Shown here: positions 49,654 to 58,626 of the stretch, one piece after another
Layout: every line of letters begins with the position of its first letter
Numbering within the stretch: the first letter of the stretch is position 1
DNA from: Thermodesulfobacteriota bacterium
GTDB taxonomy: Bacteria; Desulfobacterota; Desulfarculia; JACQYL01
Length of the DNA stretch: 64,000 bases
NCBI GenBank assembly: GCA_963675595.2
Contig: CAXXLZ010000002.1
Location: 1,504,001-1,568,000, forward strand
Direction: 5' to 3'
Position numbers and translations under genes: made by a program
Notes under the pieces: model-generated
Database searches by the model: none
Told to the model about the DNA's origin: nothing
The model's input: the letters and a program-made list of their open reading frames with translations, nothing else

Positions 49654-50336
49654 CAACTCCGGTCGCCTACGGCTTCCTCCGTTGTCAGCCGATCCAAGGC
49701 CCGATCAGGGAGGACGGCTGAGGAAACCCATAACCAAACCCAAGGGTGGGTCAATTTTCCGTGATCAAGGTGGGTCAATTTTGGATTGTCATTACGATCC
49801 TCCAACATCCCCGCCGTCCTCCCACATACCCACACCGATTCCACTCTTCGTTGCCCTTTCTTGAACGTCGCTCCCTGGCCCAGGAGGCCCGTTTTCCGGG
49901 TGCGGCCGGCGGCCATGCACGACACCTCGAAATCGGGGGAAATTGGGTGCGTTGTTGACTAACGTGACAAAGTCAATCAGCAGTCATTTTCCCTTTCTTG
50001 AGTTTAGAGGCATGCGAGGCACCCAAGTTTGTACACAAGGACATGGTTCTCCAAGACGGGTTGAATACCGTTGGTGTAAGGCTTTGAGATGATAGACCAA
50101 ACGAGGATATCAGGCGGCGCGCCCGAAGGCTTCTGGAGAATCGGTCAATTCCGGTTGGAAGTTTTTGGATTACCGGTTCCACATGGCTCGGACGTTTAAA
50201 TTGCCGAAAAGACGGCCGATGCGCTAATCTGGGGCCATCATACGAATTAAGTACTCATTCACAGGATTGCCGGGGGACCCATGAGTCCCCGATTCCCACT
50301 TCGTTCTTTCCTTTCCCGCCGACTGACGTTAAGAAT

Positions 50337-51232
50337 TATAGCGGTTTTCAAAATAACGTTCCGATAGCGGCGGTCCGTTTGACCCGATCGGGGTGGTTTA
50401 TGACATCGAGAATGGCGTGATCCAGCCGTTCGAGGAGCTTTTCAACCGTCTTGGAAACATAGTTATTGAACCACTTGGCTTTCATGGTGAGCCAAATTCG
50501 TTCGATGGGATTGAGGTCCGGTGAGTAAGGGGGTAGGAATAGAGGCTCCCATCCATTCCACTTGATGGACCGTTTTCTATGCCGGGCGGCGTTATCCGGA
50601 ACCGGAACGTTGCGGCGGTGCTGCAAAGGGACAAACCGTTCAGCCTCATCCAGGAAAGCCTGGATCGTCTCCGAATCGGAATAGGAGGCCTCAATGGCGA
50701 AGAATTCGCCGGATCGAGGGCAGACCATGCCCACCACGTCCATACGGAGGTGGTCTCCGTTCTTGGTGATCCGGGTTTTGTTGCCTCTTCGATCCCAGCG
50801 GCGCCTGGGTCCGGGGTCTCCTTCAAATCCGGATTCATCGGCAAACCAGACGTCCACGTCCGGATTCTCAAGGAGTTCGGCTATTTGTTTTCGAAAAGCT
50901 TCCCGTTGGGCTTCATCCTGACGGTCCGGCCAAGGTGGAGGCGTTTTCAGGGTGAAGCGGCTTTTATGGGAAAACCGAACGACCGTCTCATAACTGCATT
51001 GGATCTGGTAGCTGTCGCCGATGTGCCCGTGAAAGGCTTTGGCGGTCCAAATCGTTTGTTCGGCTTTTTCCGGTTGTTCGAGAAGCTCGACCAACTCCTT
51101 GGCTTGTTGCCCCCCAAGAATGGCGGTCCGCCCGGGGCGTTTCTTGAGGATGAGTCCGTCTATGCCGCTTTCATTGAAAAGTCCAATCCATTTTCGGAGG
51201 ACTCCCTCCGTCACCAACAAGGCTTCGACCAC
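50337..51232 (-). pseudogene. IS630-family transposase, N-terminally truncated
   Basis: WFADESG, DNA, LPPYSPDLNPIERIW; TATAGCGGTTTTCAA end near 50337. Confidence 0.8.
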
Positions 51233-51746
51233 CTGATGGGTATAGAACGGCTCCACAAAGCTTGGGTCCCAATCATGGCTCCCACAGGGACGGGATTCCG
51301 GTTTCAAGGGAACAACGTGTGTCGGCTCCAGGAGTTCTCGCCGATGCCCTTGATGGTCTTTCCGACCCCCTTTTTTCGTTTGCTCTTTTTGGACTTTTTC
51401 TCAGGATTTTTGAACGAAGAGTCCGAGGACGGAGGCTTGTCGGAGTTCCGGGAATCTCGGTTCAGCCGCGCTTCTATTTTTTTCAATGCGCTGCTGTTTC
51501 CGCTCAAGCAGGCGTCCGTACTCGTCGATCACCTACTGAAGGTGCTCAATATATGGTCGTACCGGCTCGGGAGTAGCCGGCCGATCGGCATCAGAAAACG
51601 GTCTCCTGACTTCCATAAAGGAAGTCAGGCACAGGAAAGGCAAGAGCCTAGATTATGTTCAAATTATTTCAATAGGTTGTGTAGCGCCAGGCGCTTTGCA
51701 AAATCAACCGGTTACGCGAGCAACTCGGTTTCCCGTGAACAGGTAC
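51233..51746 (-). pseudogene. IS66 (ISBst12-like) left end and degraded transposase start
   Basis: GTACCTGTTCAC end at 51746; MEVRRPFSDADRPATPEPVR...stop...RLNRDSRNSDKPPSSD...PFYTHQV. Confidence 0.7.
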
Positions 51747-51789
51747 CACACTATAATTTGCTGGCAACCAACCCAATAACGGAGGCGAT

Positions 51790-53604
51790 ATGAAAACACT
51801 GAGAGCGGTTCCGGCCCTAGCTTTGATGTTCGGGGTCCTTTTGATGGTCCCCATGGGATGCAGCAACGGTGACGGTAATTCCCCTGTTACACCCGAGGTT
51901 TCAACTAGAATATATGTAATGACCATAGGATCGGGGGTGCTTGAGCCCGCTTCTGAAAGCGCCGGCGGGGTGACCGCCTCAGACTCCGGAGAGGATGGGG
52001 AATACTTCCTGACTCTAAATAACGTGAAGGAAGATGCTCTTTGGTACACCGACAGACCCGGACGAAAGGCGGGAGAAACATCTATCGGAGACTATGTTGG
52101 TTCGTGGGCCGATATTTATGGTGAAGTGGCTCCCAATACCGCTATGGATGGATACCTGACCGACGCCGTTCACGCCGGCTTGTATTTGAATTTGAAAGAT
52201 CCAATCTATGATTCGGAAACGAATAGCCTCGTGTTTCGGGTGTCGCTGCTTGCCTCTTCAATGGCCGATCCGTATCCCCATGATCCGGTGGCCTTTGACA
52301 ACATCAGGCTGACTGTGTTTGACGACACCCCCGAGGGACAAGTCAATTATTGGTCCTTTGCTCAGGTTGCCCTGGAAAGTGTTCTCGAAGCAACGGGGAC
52401 GGAGGGATTGTATAGGCTTACTTTGAAAGGGGCTTATCCGGAAGTGTTCCAGCTGCAGAATGCGCCGGGTACGCGTTATGAAGTGCTTGATCAAGCGTCT
52501 CTGGAATATAATTGGCCGACTTACTTTGGCGCACAGCCCCCGAACGCTTCTCTGACGGGCGTCAGCCTGGCCGATCCCGGTGCGTTGAAACTGGCCTTTC
52601 TGGAGCTTGACAACCCCTCCCATGACGGCACCAATGTTTACTATGATGCAAGAGCATTGGGCGGGGAGGACTTATCGAATGATTCATTATCCCATCCGGT
52701 ATTGCTGATCGATTCTCTGGACGGTCAGTATCCCGTGTGCCTCCAATCCGGCAATGAAGCCAAGTGTTACGGTAACTGTTTTCCCGATTCGACCAAACTA
52801 TGTTGTCCTAAGCCGGATGACCAGCCGGCTCCCGACTGTGGGAATCCGGATCAACAACCGGATTGGTATCTTTATACGCAATGCAATAACGACCAGAGCG
52901 CCATCTGTACGACTTATCGTCCGCCTACGGGTAAACAGACCAAACTGGTTATTCAGAATGATACGGCGAGCCCCGTGAAACTCTATTTGCAGGTAGGCAG
53001 TCCCTATGCCCAGGATGGCGCTTGCCCGGACTACTGGCCACCCCTTCAATTAAGTGATTATCCCCAATGCACGTCCGATAATATTACGGGGGAAGTTTGC
53101 GAAATGACACTGGCGAAAAAAGGCGACCCGGACGGCAAGGACAAGATTGAGATTCCGGGGGTGGATTACCGCTGCACAAACGGAACCATCACCTTTGAGA
53201 TGAACCCCAACGATACGTGCGGAATGTCTTTAGGGGAGTTCACATTGAATGTCGATCCCAATGCGAATCCGGTTTTGAAGGAAGGGGTCGACATAAGCCT
53301 CGTCAATGGAAATAACGGCAAAATAGTGGTGGAGATGAGCACTCCCGGGTGGCAGGTGCAGAATACATCCAGGTTTGTAACAAGCATCGAAAATTACGAA
53401 ACCGACGCTGAGAATCAAGGTCAAGACGGTGTGTATAACTATCTCTGCGACGCGTGTACCGATAGCCTCAACCCTCCCGACTGTTCAGGCCCATGGAATC
53501 AGAATTGTTCAGCCCAGGCGACATGTAATGTGCTTCGTGACGGAACACAGGAAGGCGGGACAGTGACCTTCCATTGGAAGGGAAATGACTGGAGCGCAAA
53601 CTGA
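51790..53604 (+). CDS. Lipoprotein: tandem beta domains, Cys-rich linker, thaumatin-like C-terminal domain
   Basis: RBS GGAGG; lipobox-like VPMGC; internal duplication; LGEFTLN and VDISLVNGNN motifs. Confidence 0.75.
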   Translation: MKTLRAVPALALMFGVLLMVPMGCSNGDGNSPVTPEVSTRIYVMTIGSGVLEPASESAGGVTASDSGEDGEYFLTLNNVKEDALWYTDRPGRKAGETSIGDYVGSWADIYGEVAPNTAMDGYLTDAVHAGLYLNLKDPIYDSETNSLVFRVSLLASSMADPYPHDPVAFDNIRLTVFDDTPEGQVNYWSFAQVALESVLEATGTEGLYRLTLKGAYPEVFQLQNAPGTRYEVLDQASLEYNWPTYFGAQPPNASLTGVSLADPGALKLAFLELDNPSHDGTNVYYDARALGGEDLSNDSLSHPVLLIDSLDGQYPVCLQSGNEAKCYGNCFPDSTKLCCPKPDDQPAPDCGNPDQQPDWYLYTQCNNDQSAICTTYRPPTGKQTKLVIQNDTASPVKLYLQVGSPYAQDGACPDYWPPLQLSDYPQCTSDNITGEVCEMTLAKKGDPDGKDKIEIPGVDYRCTNGTITFEMNPNDTCGMSLGEFTLNVDPNANPVLKEGVDISLVNGNNGKIVVEMSTPGWQVQNTSRFVTSIENYETDAENQGQDGVYNYLCDACTDSLNPPDCSGPWNQNCSAQATCNVLRDGTQEGGTVTFHWKGNDWSAN

Positions 53605-53647
53605 GCGATTCCGTATAGTAAATCCACCTTTATAGTGAATCCTGTTT

Positions 53648-53689
53648 AGGGACTGTAAGGCAATGATGAATTATTGGTTTACAGTCCCT
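53648..53689. terminator. Long hairpin after the lipoprotein gene
   Basis: AGGGACTGTAA...TTACAGTCCCT with paired interior CAATGAT/ATTATTG. Confidence 0.5.
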
Positions 53690-53735
53690 TCGCCTGGATT
53701 TAGGCGTCCGTTTATCGCCTTTTGTATCCAAGTTT

Positions 53736-55611
53736 GATGAGTTCGTAAAAACCTCTCCGTAAAGGTATCTAGTTGAAAATATGAATAAAAATGGCATTTA
53801 TGGGTTGACCTTTCTTTTGGGTCCTGTATGATAAGTATCTGACTTGATTAATAATATGGTCCTTAGGGGGGTTGTTTTGTTTCGGCCTAAGAGAACGCAA
53901 AAGACCATTTTCGACCACGATATTTGCCTTCCCGCAGACAGGATCGAGGCGTTGGAGAAGACGTGGGCCGGTCCGTTCCGGCGCCTGGTGCTTCCCATGA
54001 TCGATGAGGAGTCTTTCCGGCCTTTCTACTGTGAGGACAACGGCAGGCCCAACAGACCCGTGGCCATCCTTGTCGGAGCGTGTGTTTTGAAGGAAATGAA
54101 CAGCCTGACCGATGCGGAAGTCTTGGGCGCTCTGGACTTCGATCTGCGTTGGCAATATGCCTTCAACATCAACGCCTTTGAATCTCACGTCTGCCAGAAG
54201 ACCCTGCACAATTTCCGGACCTTGATTACCGACAACAAGCAAGCGCGGAGCCTCTTTACCGGAATCACGGACGCCATCATCGAGACGGCGGCCCTTAGCA
54301 CGGACAAACAGCGGTTGGACTCCACACAGATCACTTCCAACATGGCTCATCTGAGCCGTCTGGGGCTCTTTACGCGCACCATCGAGGCGTTCTTGAAACG
54401 GCTCCATAAGAAACATCCCAAGTTGTATGAGAAACTGCCCCGACTTTACGACAAGGCCTACTTGAAGCGCGCAGGCTATTTTGCCGATGCAAAATCATCG
54501 CGGGCCAAGCGTCGTCTGGACAAGTCCGCCCGCCATCTCGCCGACCTGGTGGACCGCTTCCGAGGTCATCCGGAAATCAGCCGAATGAAAGAATACCGGC
54601 TGATGGCCCGACTACTGTCGGAGCAATGCCGTTTCACCGAGGGAGATCCCGACAAAACAGAACTCGAGAAGCCCAAGGAAATCCCTGCGGACTCCCTGCA
54701 GAATCCTTCGGATCCCGACGCCACCTATGGGCGCAAGGGCAAAGGATATAAGGCTTCCCTCACGGAGACCTGCGTGAAGGAAAATCCCTTCCAGGTGATC
54801 ACCGATGTGGACGTGGCCCCGTCCTATGACAGCGACCAGAAAGACGTGATGCCCGTTATCGAACGCCTGGAGGAAACGGGCCGCAAACCCGAAGAGTTGT
54901 TCGCCGACGCAGGCTACGGCAGCGGCGAGAACATCCTTCAAGCTCACGAGCACGGAGTCGAGCTTACCGCTCCGGTGACTTGCGGAAAAGCGCCGGATCT
55001 CAATAAGATGCAGTTGAGTGACTTTGAAACGAACGAGGACTGCACCCAGGTCGTTTACTGTATCCGGGGGCACGCGCCACTTGAATGCAAGATCGTTGAC
55101 CGCGGCAAAGCGGTGGAAGCCGTGTTTTCCCGCGAGCACTGTCTCCTATGCGAATTTCTCCCCATCTGTCCGGTAAAACGGATCAAGGGCGGAAATTATC
55201 GACTGAAGTACAAGCGCAAGGACATGGCGACCTCCAAGCGCAGACTACAGCAGGAAAGCCATGATTTCAAAGAACGCTACAAAATCCGGTCCGGCATCGA
55301 GGCCACCATCTCCGAAGCGGATCGGGTCACGGGATTGAAACGATCGTGGACCCGAGGCAAAAAACGGGTCACCTTATCTGTTTTCATGAAGGCCCTGGCC
55401 ATCAACATCAAGAGGTTCGTCCAGAGCCGCCTTGATAAGGCCAAGAAGGCCCTTTCCAACTCGATAGAGGGAGGCAGCAACGATAATTTCCGTCGTCTTT
55501 GTAGCCTATGTCACGATGACAGTAACCTTGGCAGTGTTGCAATGGCCGCTTGAACTTCCAATGCTCCAAAAAACAGCCCTGTTCGTAAAGGGGGGTTCTT
55601 ACGACGGCATC
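53736..55611 (+). mobile_element. IS1182/IS5-like insertion sequence
   Basis: Imperfect TIR GATGAGTTCGTAAAAACC / GGTTCTTACGACGGCATC; AAGTTT duplicated on both flanks. Confidence 0.85.
53877..55553 (+). CDS. DDE transposase with Cys-rich insertion
   Basis: GRP, RLDST, DPDATY, ADAGYG, CxxGH...CxxCxxxxxC, YKIRSGIE; probable TTG start. Confidence 0.85.
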   Translation: MFRPKRTQKTIFDHDICLPADRIEALEKTWAGPFRRLVLPMIDEESFRPFYCEDNGRPNRPVAILVGACVLKEMNSLTDAEVLGALDFDLRWQYAFNINAFESHVCQKTLHNFRTLITDNKQARSLFTGITDAIIETAALSTDKQRLDSTQITSNMAHLSRLGLFTRTIEAFLKRLHKKHPKLYEKLPRLYDKAYLKRAGYFADAKSSRAKRRLDKSARHLADLVDRFRGHPEISRMKEYRLMARLLSEQCRFTEGDPDKTELEKPKEIPADSLQNPSDPDATYGRKGKGYKASLTETCVKENPFQVITDVDVAPSYDSDQKDVMPVIERLEETGRKPEELFADAGYGSGENILQAHEHGVELTAPVTCGKAPDLNKMQLSDFETNEDCTQVVYCIRGHAPLECKIVDRGKAVEAVFSREHCLLCEFLPICPVKRIKGGNYRLKYKRKDMATSKRRLQQESHDFKERYKIRSGIEATISEADRVTGLKRSWTRGKKRVTLSVFMKALAINIKRFVQSRLDKAKKALSNSIEGGSNDNFRRLCSLCHDDSNLGSVAMAA

Positions 55612-55788
55612 AAGTTTGTATTTCCGGGTATAGACCCCGCGCAAATGACGCATGCTTCTTGAAACAGGTCAAAAGAAGACCTTCCCTGTTGTTCTTATTC
55701 ATAAGCATGTTTCCGCTATATTTCACCCGAAATAACGCATTCTTATCATCCATAATGGGTCGTATGCCTGCCGTTGAGGAGGTCGGAT

Positions 55789-56610
55789 ATGAAAAAAGGG
55801 CTCATGCTTATGTCATTTCTTATGGTGTTCTCAGCTGTGCCGGGTCTTGCCGGTGCGCTGGGCAATCCGACGCAGTTAATCAAACAGAGCGAATTTGCTG
55901 TGGGGTTTCAGTGGAATTCCCGCTTCAAGCAGGGGTTTGAGGATTACCATCTCAACAGAACCTACTCCTACGGAACTCCGGACAGCGAGAGAAAAGGCGC
56001 TGATTTTGAAAACGACCGGTACTACATGGCCACCTTAACCTACGGCATTATCGACCGGCTCAATGTTTTCGCCAAACTTGGTGTTGCGGACGGCGGCACT
56101 TGGCTCGATTATTTTCCCGGCAACACTTGGAAAGGGGACCTGGAAAGTAGTTTCGTCTGGGCCGTCGGCGTCAAGGGAAAACTCTATGAGTTCGACAACG
56201 GCCTTGGATTCGGTCTGGGGGGCCAGTACCTGCGTTATGATAACCGCAAGGTGAACAACTGGCGGTGTACCGACACCGGGGAAACCGCAGCGGATCTGGG
56301 TTGGTCTACCGACGACAGGTTAGATTACTGGCAGCTCGACTTCGTGGCCAACGCCTACTGGACTTTTGGGGCCTTTACGCCTTATGCAGGGGCCGGCTAC
56401 AATTACTCCCATGTCGGCTTCAGCGGAAAATGGACCAACGAGGTCCCCTCTTACGGCTGGGTGAGTTATGATGCATCCTTCAGCAACCAGAATAATTTCA
56501 CGGCCTTGGTGGGCCTGGACGTGGATCTATGCACGAATTTCAGGGCGAACATCCAGGGCACCTTTGTGAGCAGCACCGACTTGGCCATTGGTATCAGCTA
56601 CTGTTTTTGA
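55789..56610 (+). CDS. Outer-membrane beta-barrel protein (chlamydial MOMP-like motifs)
   Basis: Signal peptide, alternating beta strands, C-terminal YCF; RBS GAGGAGG. Confidence 0.8.
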   Translation: MKKGLMLMSFLMVFSAVPGLAGALGNPTQLIKQSEFAVGFQWNSRFKQGFEDYHLNRTYSYGTPDSERKGADFENDRYYMATLTYGIIDRLNVFAKLGVADGGTWLDYFPGNTWKGDLESSFVWAVGVKGKLYEFDNGLGFGLGGQYLRYDNRKVNNWRCTDTGETAADLGWSTDDRLDYWQLDFVANAYWTFGAFTPYAGAGYNYSHVGFSGKWTNEVPSYGWVSYDASFSNQNNFTALVGLDVDLCTNFRANIQGTFVSSTDLAIGISYCF

Positions 56611-56645
56611 GATGAAACACGATGCGGAAAATCAAGGAGGATCCC

Positions 56646-58556
56646 GTGAAAGTCAAAATTCTATTGTGCTTGTGCGCGGCATGGTTTGCGATGTTTGGAG
56701 CCGCATCCGCCGGTTCGCAAACCGTGATCACCGAGATTCCGCCTGAGGGCCTCGCGATTACGGAGTCCGGCACCTATTCTTTCGCCAATGACATCGCGTG
56801 GGCGGGACAGGAGTCGGCCCTGGCCGGGATCACTATTATTGACGCGGCGAATGTGGTTCTGGACCTGGGAGGGCACTGTTTATCGGCACCGCGAGATGTT
56901 CGGCTTTCCGGCACCTTCGGAATTGCGGCTCTCGCGGTCCAAAACCTGTCCATAAAGAACGGCACGATAAAGGGGTTCCAGCTGGCCGGCGTCGCTCTGG
57001 GATTATCAGCCGGCGTGACCCTTTCAAACATCGTCATCAGCGATATCGGAAACGGCGTTCCAGGCTATGCGCCCACAGGTCTTTCCGCGACGATGTGTCA
57101 AGACCTCACCTTTAACCAGGTTTCCGTGCTCAACGTCAATGGATCTTCCGAACCGGGCGGCTCCGGGATCGGGATCGTGGCGGGGGTTTCTCTGACTGAG
57201 TGCAAGAACGTTTACTTTGACGGCCGCGTGAGCGGCATAAACGGCTACTCGAGTTTGGTGAGCGGCGTTTTTGGACTCCTCTGTGACGGGATTTCACTGC
57301 AAGAGGCGGTGATCGAATCGGTCAACGGGAGCGCCGGCGCCGTGTCCGGCGCCTCTTTTTTGTTGAGCAGAAACATCAGCGTTGATAAGAGCCTGGTTTC
57401 GAACCTTCACAACGACGCCGGTGTCTGCAGCGGGATCGCCGGGGTCGACAGCCGGCAGATAAATGTCCTCGACACAACGGTCAGCCGATTGTCAACCGGA
57501 TTGATGCCGAACGAGAATGCTCCCGGTCATACCTGCATCGGCATGGTCTTCGCGCCGTTCACGGTCGTGGTGGGTGGCGTGCGCAAGATCAATGTCGTGG
57601 ATAGGGGAGCGCATTACAGCCAACTTCTGCTCCCCACGGTGAAGATCGCCCCCCCACTTGCCGGAGGGGAGACGGCGCACGGTTTTCCGCTTATCGACTC
57701 CGAAGGCGACCTCGACGGGGTCCTGATCCTAAGCCCCGGCTCGGGCTACGATCAGGCGCCGAAGGTGGAAATCGTCCCGAATCCCCTATGGACTGCCGGA
57801 ACCGGCGCAACCGCGACGGCGGAAGTCGGTCACTTCGTGGAGGTGGGCTCTGCCGGCGATATTCTGGTTGAAAAATGCACGATCAGCGATATTACCGGTT
57901 CCTGTGACGACGCACACGGCATCAGCCTTTTCGTGGTATCCAAGTCCACGGTGCGCGAGGTCACCGTGGAAAACGTGACGGACGGACGGGGTGGTCGCGG
58001 CGCCAAGGCCACCGGAATCGAGGTGTATGGCCTGATCAACAACTTGCCGAGCGACATCCTGGTCGAGAATTGCCGGGTACGAAACATATCGGCGATCAGT
58101 CCCGGCGATCTCCAGGCCGCGGGCTACTCCGTCGCGGGTAAGGGCGTAACTTTCTCCAACTGCGAAGCCGACAACATAACCGTCAGCGGGGTAAATCCCG
58201 TGCACCCGGAATCCCCCGGATACGGAATCGGCTTCGCCTGGGCGCCCGACATCCGTGAGCAATACCAATATCCGGCTCTTGATACCAGAATAGAGAACTG
58301 CACGGCGTCAAACTGCCGGCTCGGATTCGATACGTTCTACTTCCAGAATTCCACTTGGAGCAGGTTCAAATCAATCAATAACGGCAGACCTTATAGAGAC
58401 GAACCGACGGGCGCCCTCCGAGTGCTCTACTGCGACGGATGCTCCGAATGCCCCGACGCGCCTCAGAAATCACCGGAAGACTGGTTCAAAGAGGTTCCGC
58501 TGCAAAACACCGCCTCTGGAAACATCATAGAGATGGAGAAACCCAGGATCCGATAG
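56646..58556 (+). CDS. Secreted right-handed beta-helix (pectin lyase-like fold) protein
   Basis: Signal peptide; ITESGTY, VLDLGGH, IKNGTI and repeated VENC/I-x-N turns; GTG after AGGAGG. Confidence 0.8.
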   Translation: MKVKILLCLCAAWFAMFGAASAGSQTVITEIPPEGLAITESGTYSFANDIAWAGQESALAGITIIDAANVVLDLGGHCLSAPRDVRLSGTFGIAALAVQNLSIKNGTIKGFQLAGVALGLSAGVTLSNIVISDIGNGVPGYAPTGLSATMCQDLTFNQVSVLNVNGSSEPGGSGIGIVAGVSLTECKNVYFDGRVSGINGYSSLVSGVFGLLCDGISLQEAVIESVNGSAGAVSGASFLLSRNISVDKSLVSNLHNDAGVCSGIAGVDSRQINVLDTTVSRLSTGLMPNENAPGHTCIGMVFAPFTVVVGGVRKINVVDRGAHYSQLLLPTVKIAPPLAGGETAHGFPLIDSEGDLDGVLILSPGSGYDQAPKVEIVPNPLWTAGTGATATAEVGHFVEVGSAGDILVEKCTISDITGSCDDAHGISLFVVSKSTVREVTVENVTDGRGGRGAKATGIEVYGLINNLPSDILVENCRVRNISAISPGDLQAAGYSVAGKGVTFSNCEADNITVSGVNPVHPESPGYGIGFAWAPDIREQYQYPALDTRIENCTASNCRLGFDTFYFQNSTWSRFKSINNGRPYRDEPTGALRVLYCDGCSECPDAPQKSPEDWFKEVPLQNTASGNIIEMEKPRIR

Positions 58557-58593
58557 GCCGCTGAGGCCTGGGGGAATACCGGGGTCACAGGTA

Positions 58594-58626
58594 CCGGGCG
58601 GTTTTCAATTCCCCGCCCGGCTTTAA
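58594..58626 (+). terminator. Hairpin plus short T run after the beta-helix gene
   Basis: CCGGGCGG...CCGCCCGG then CTTTAA. Confidence 0.5.

Larger units (their letters stand above)
47249..49796 (+). mobile_element. IS21-family element
   Basis: istAB plus duplicated AAAAYTGACCCACC end repeats at both ends; exact termini and TSD unclear. Confidence 0.9.

Noticed and set aside
49973-50182. KaiC/RecA-like start (IQKLPTGID)
   Set aside because: No Walker A motif follows and the ORF is short; probably chance
53736-55611. Autonomous partner of MITE family A
   Set aside because: Its ends (GATGAGTTCGTAAAA) differ from the MITE ends (CAGGCTGYTGAAAAA)
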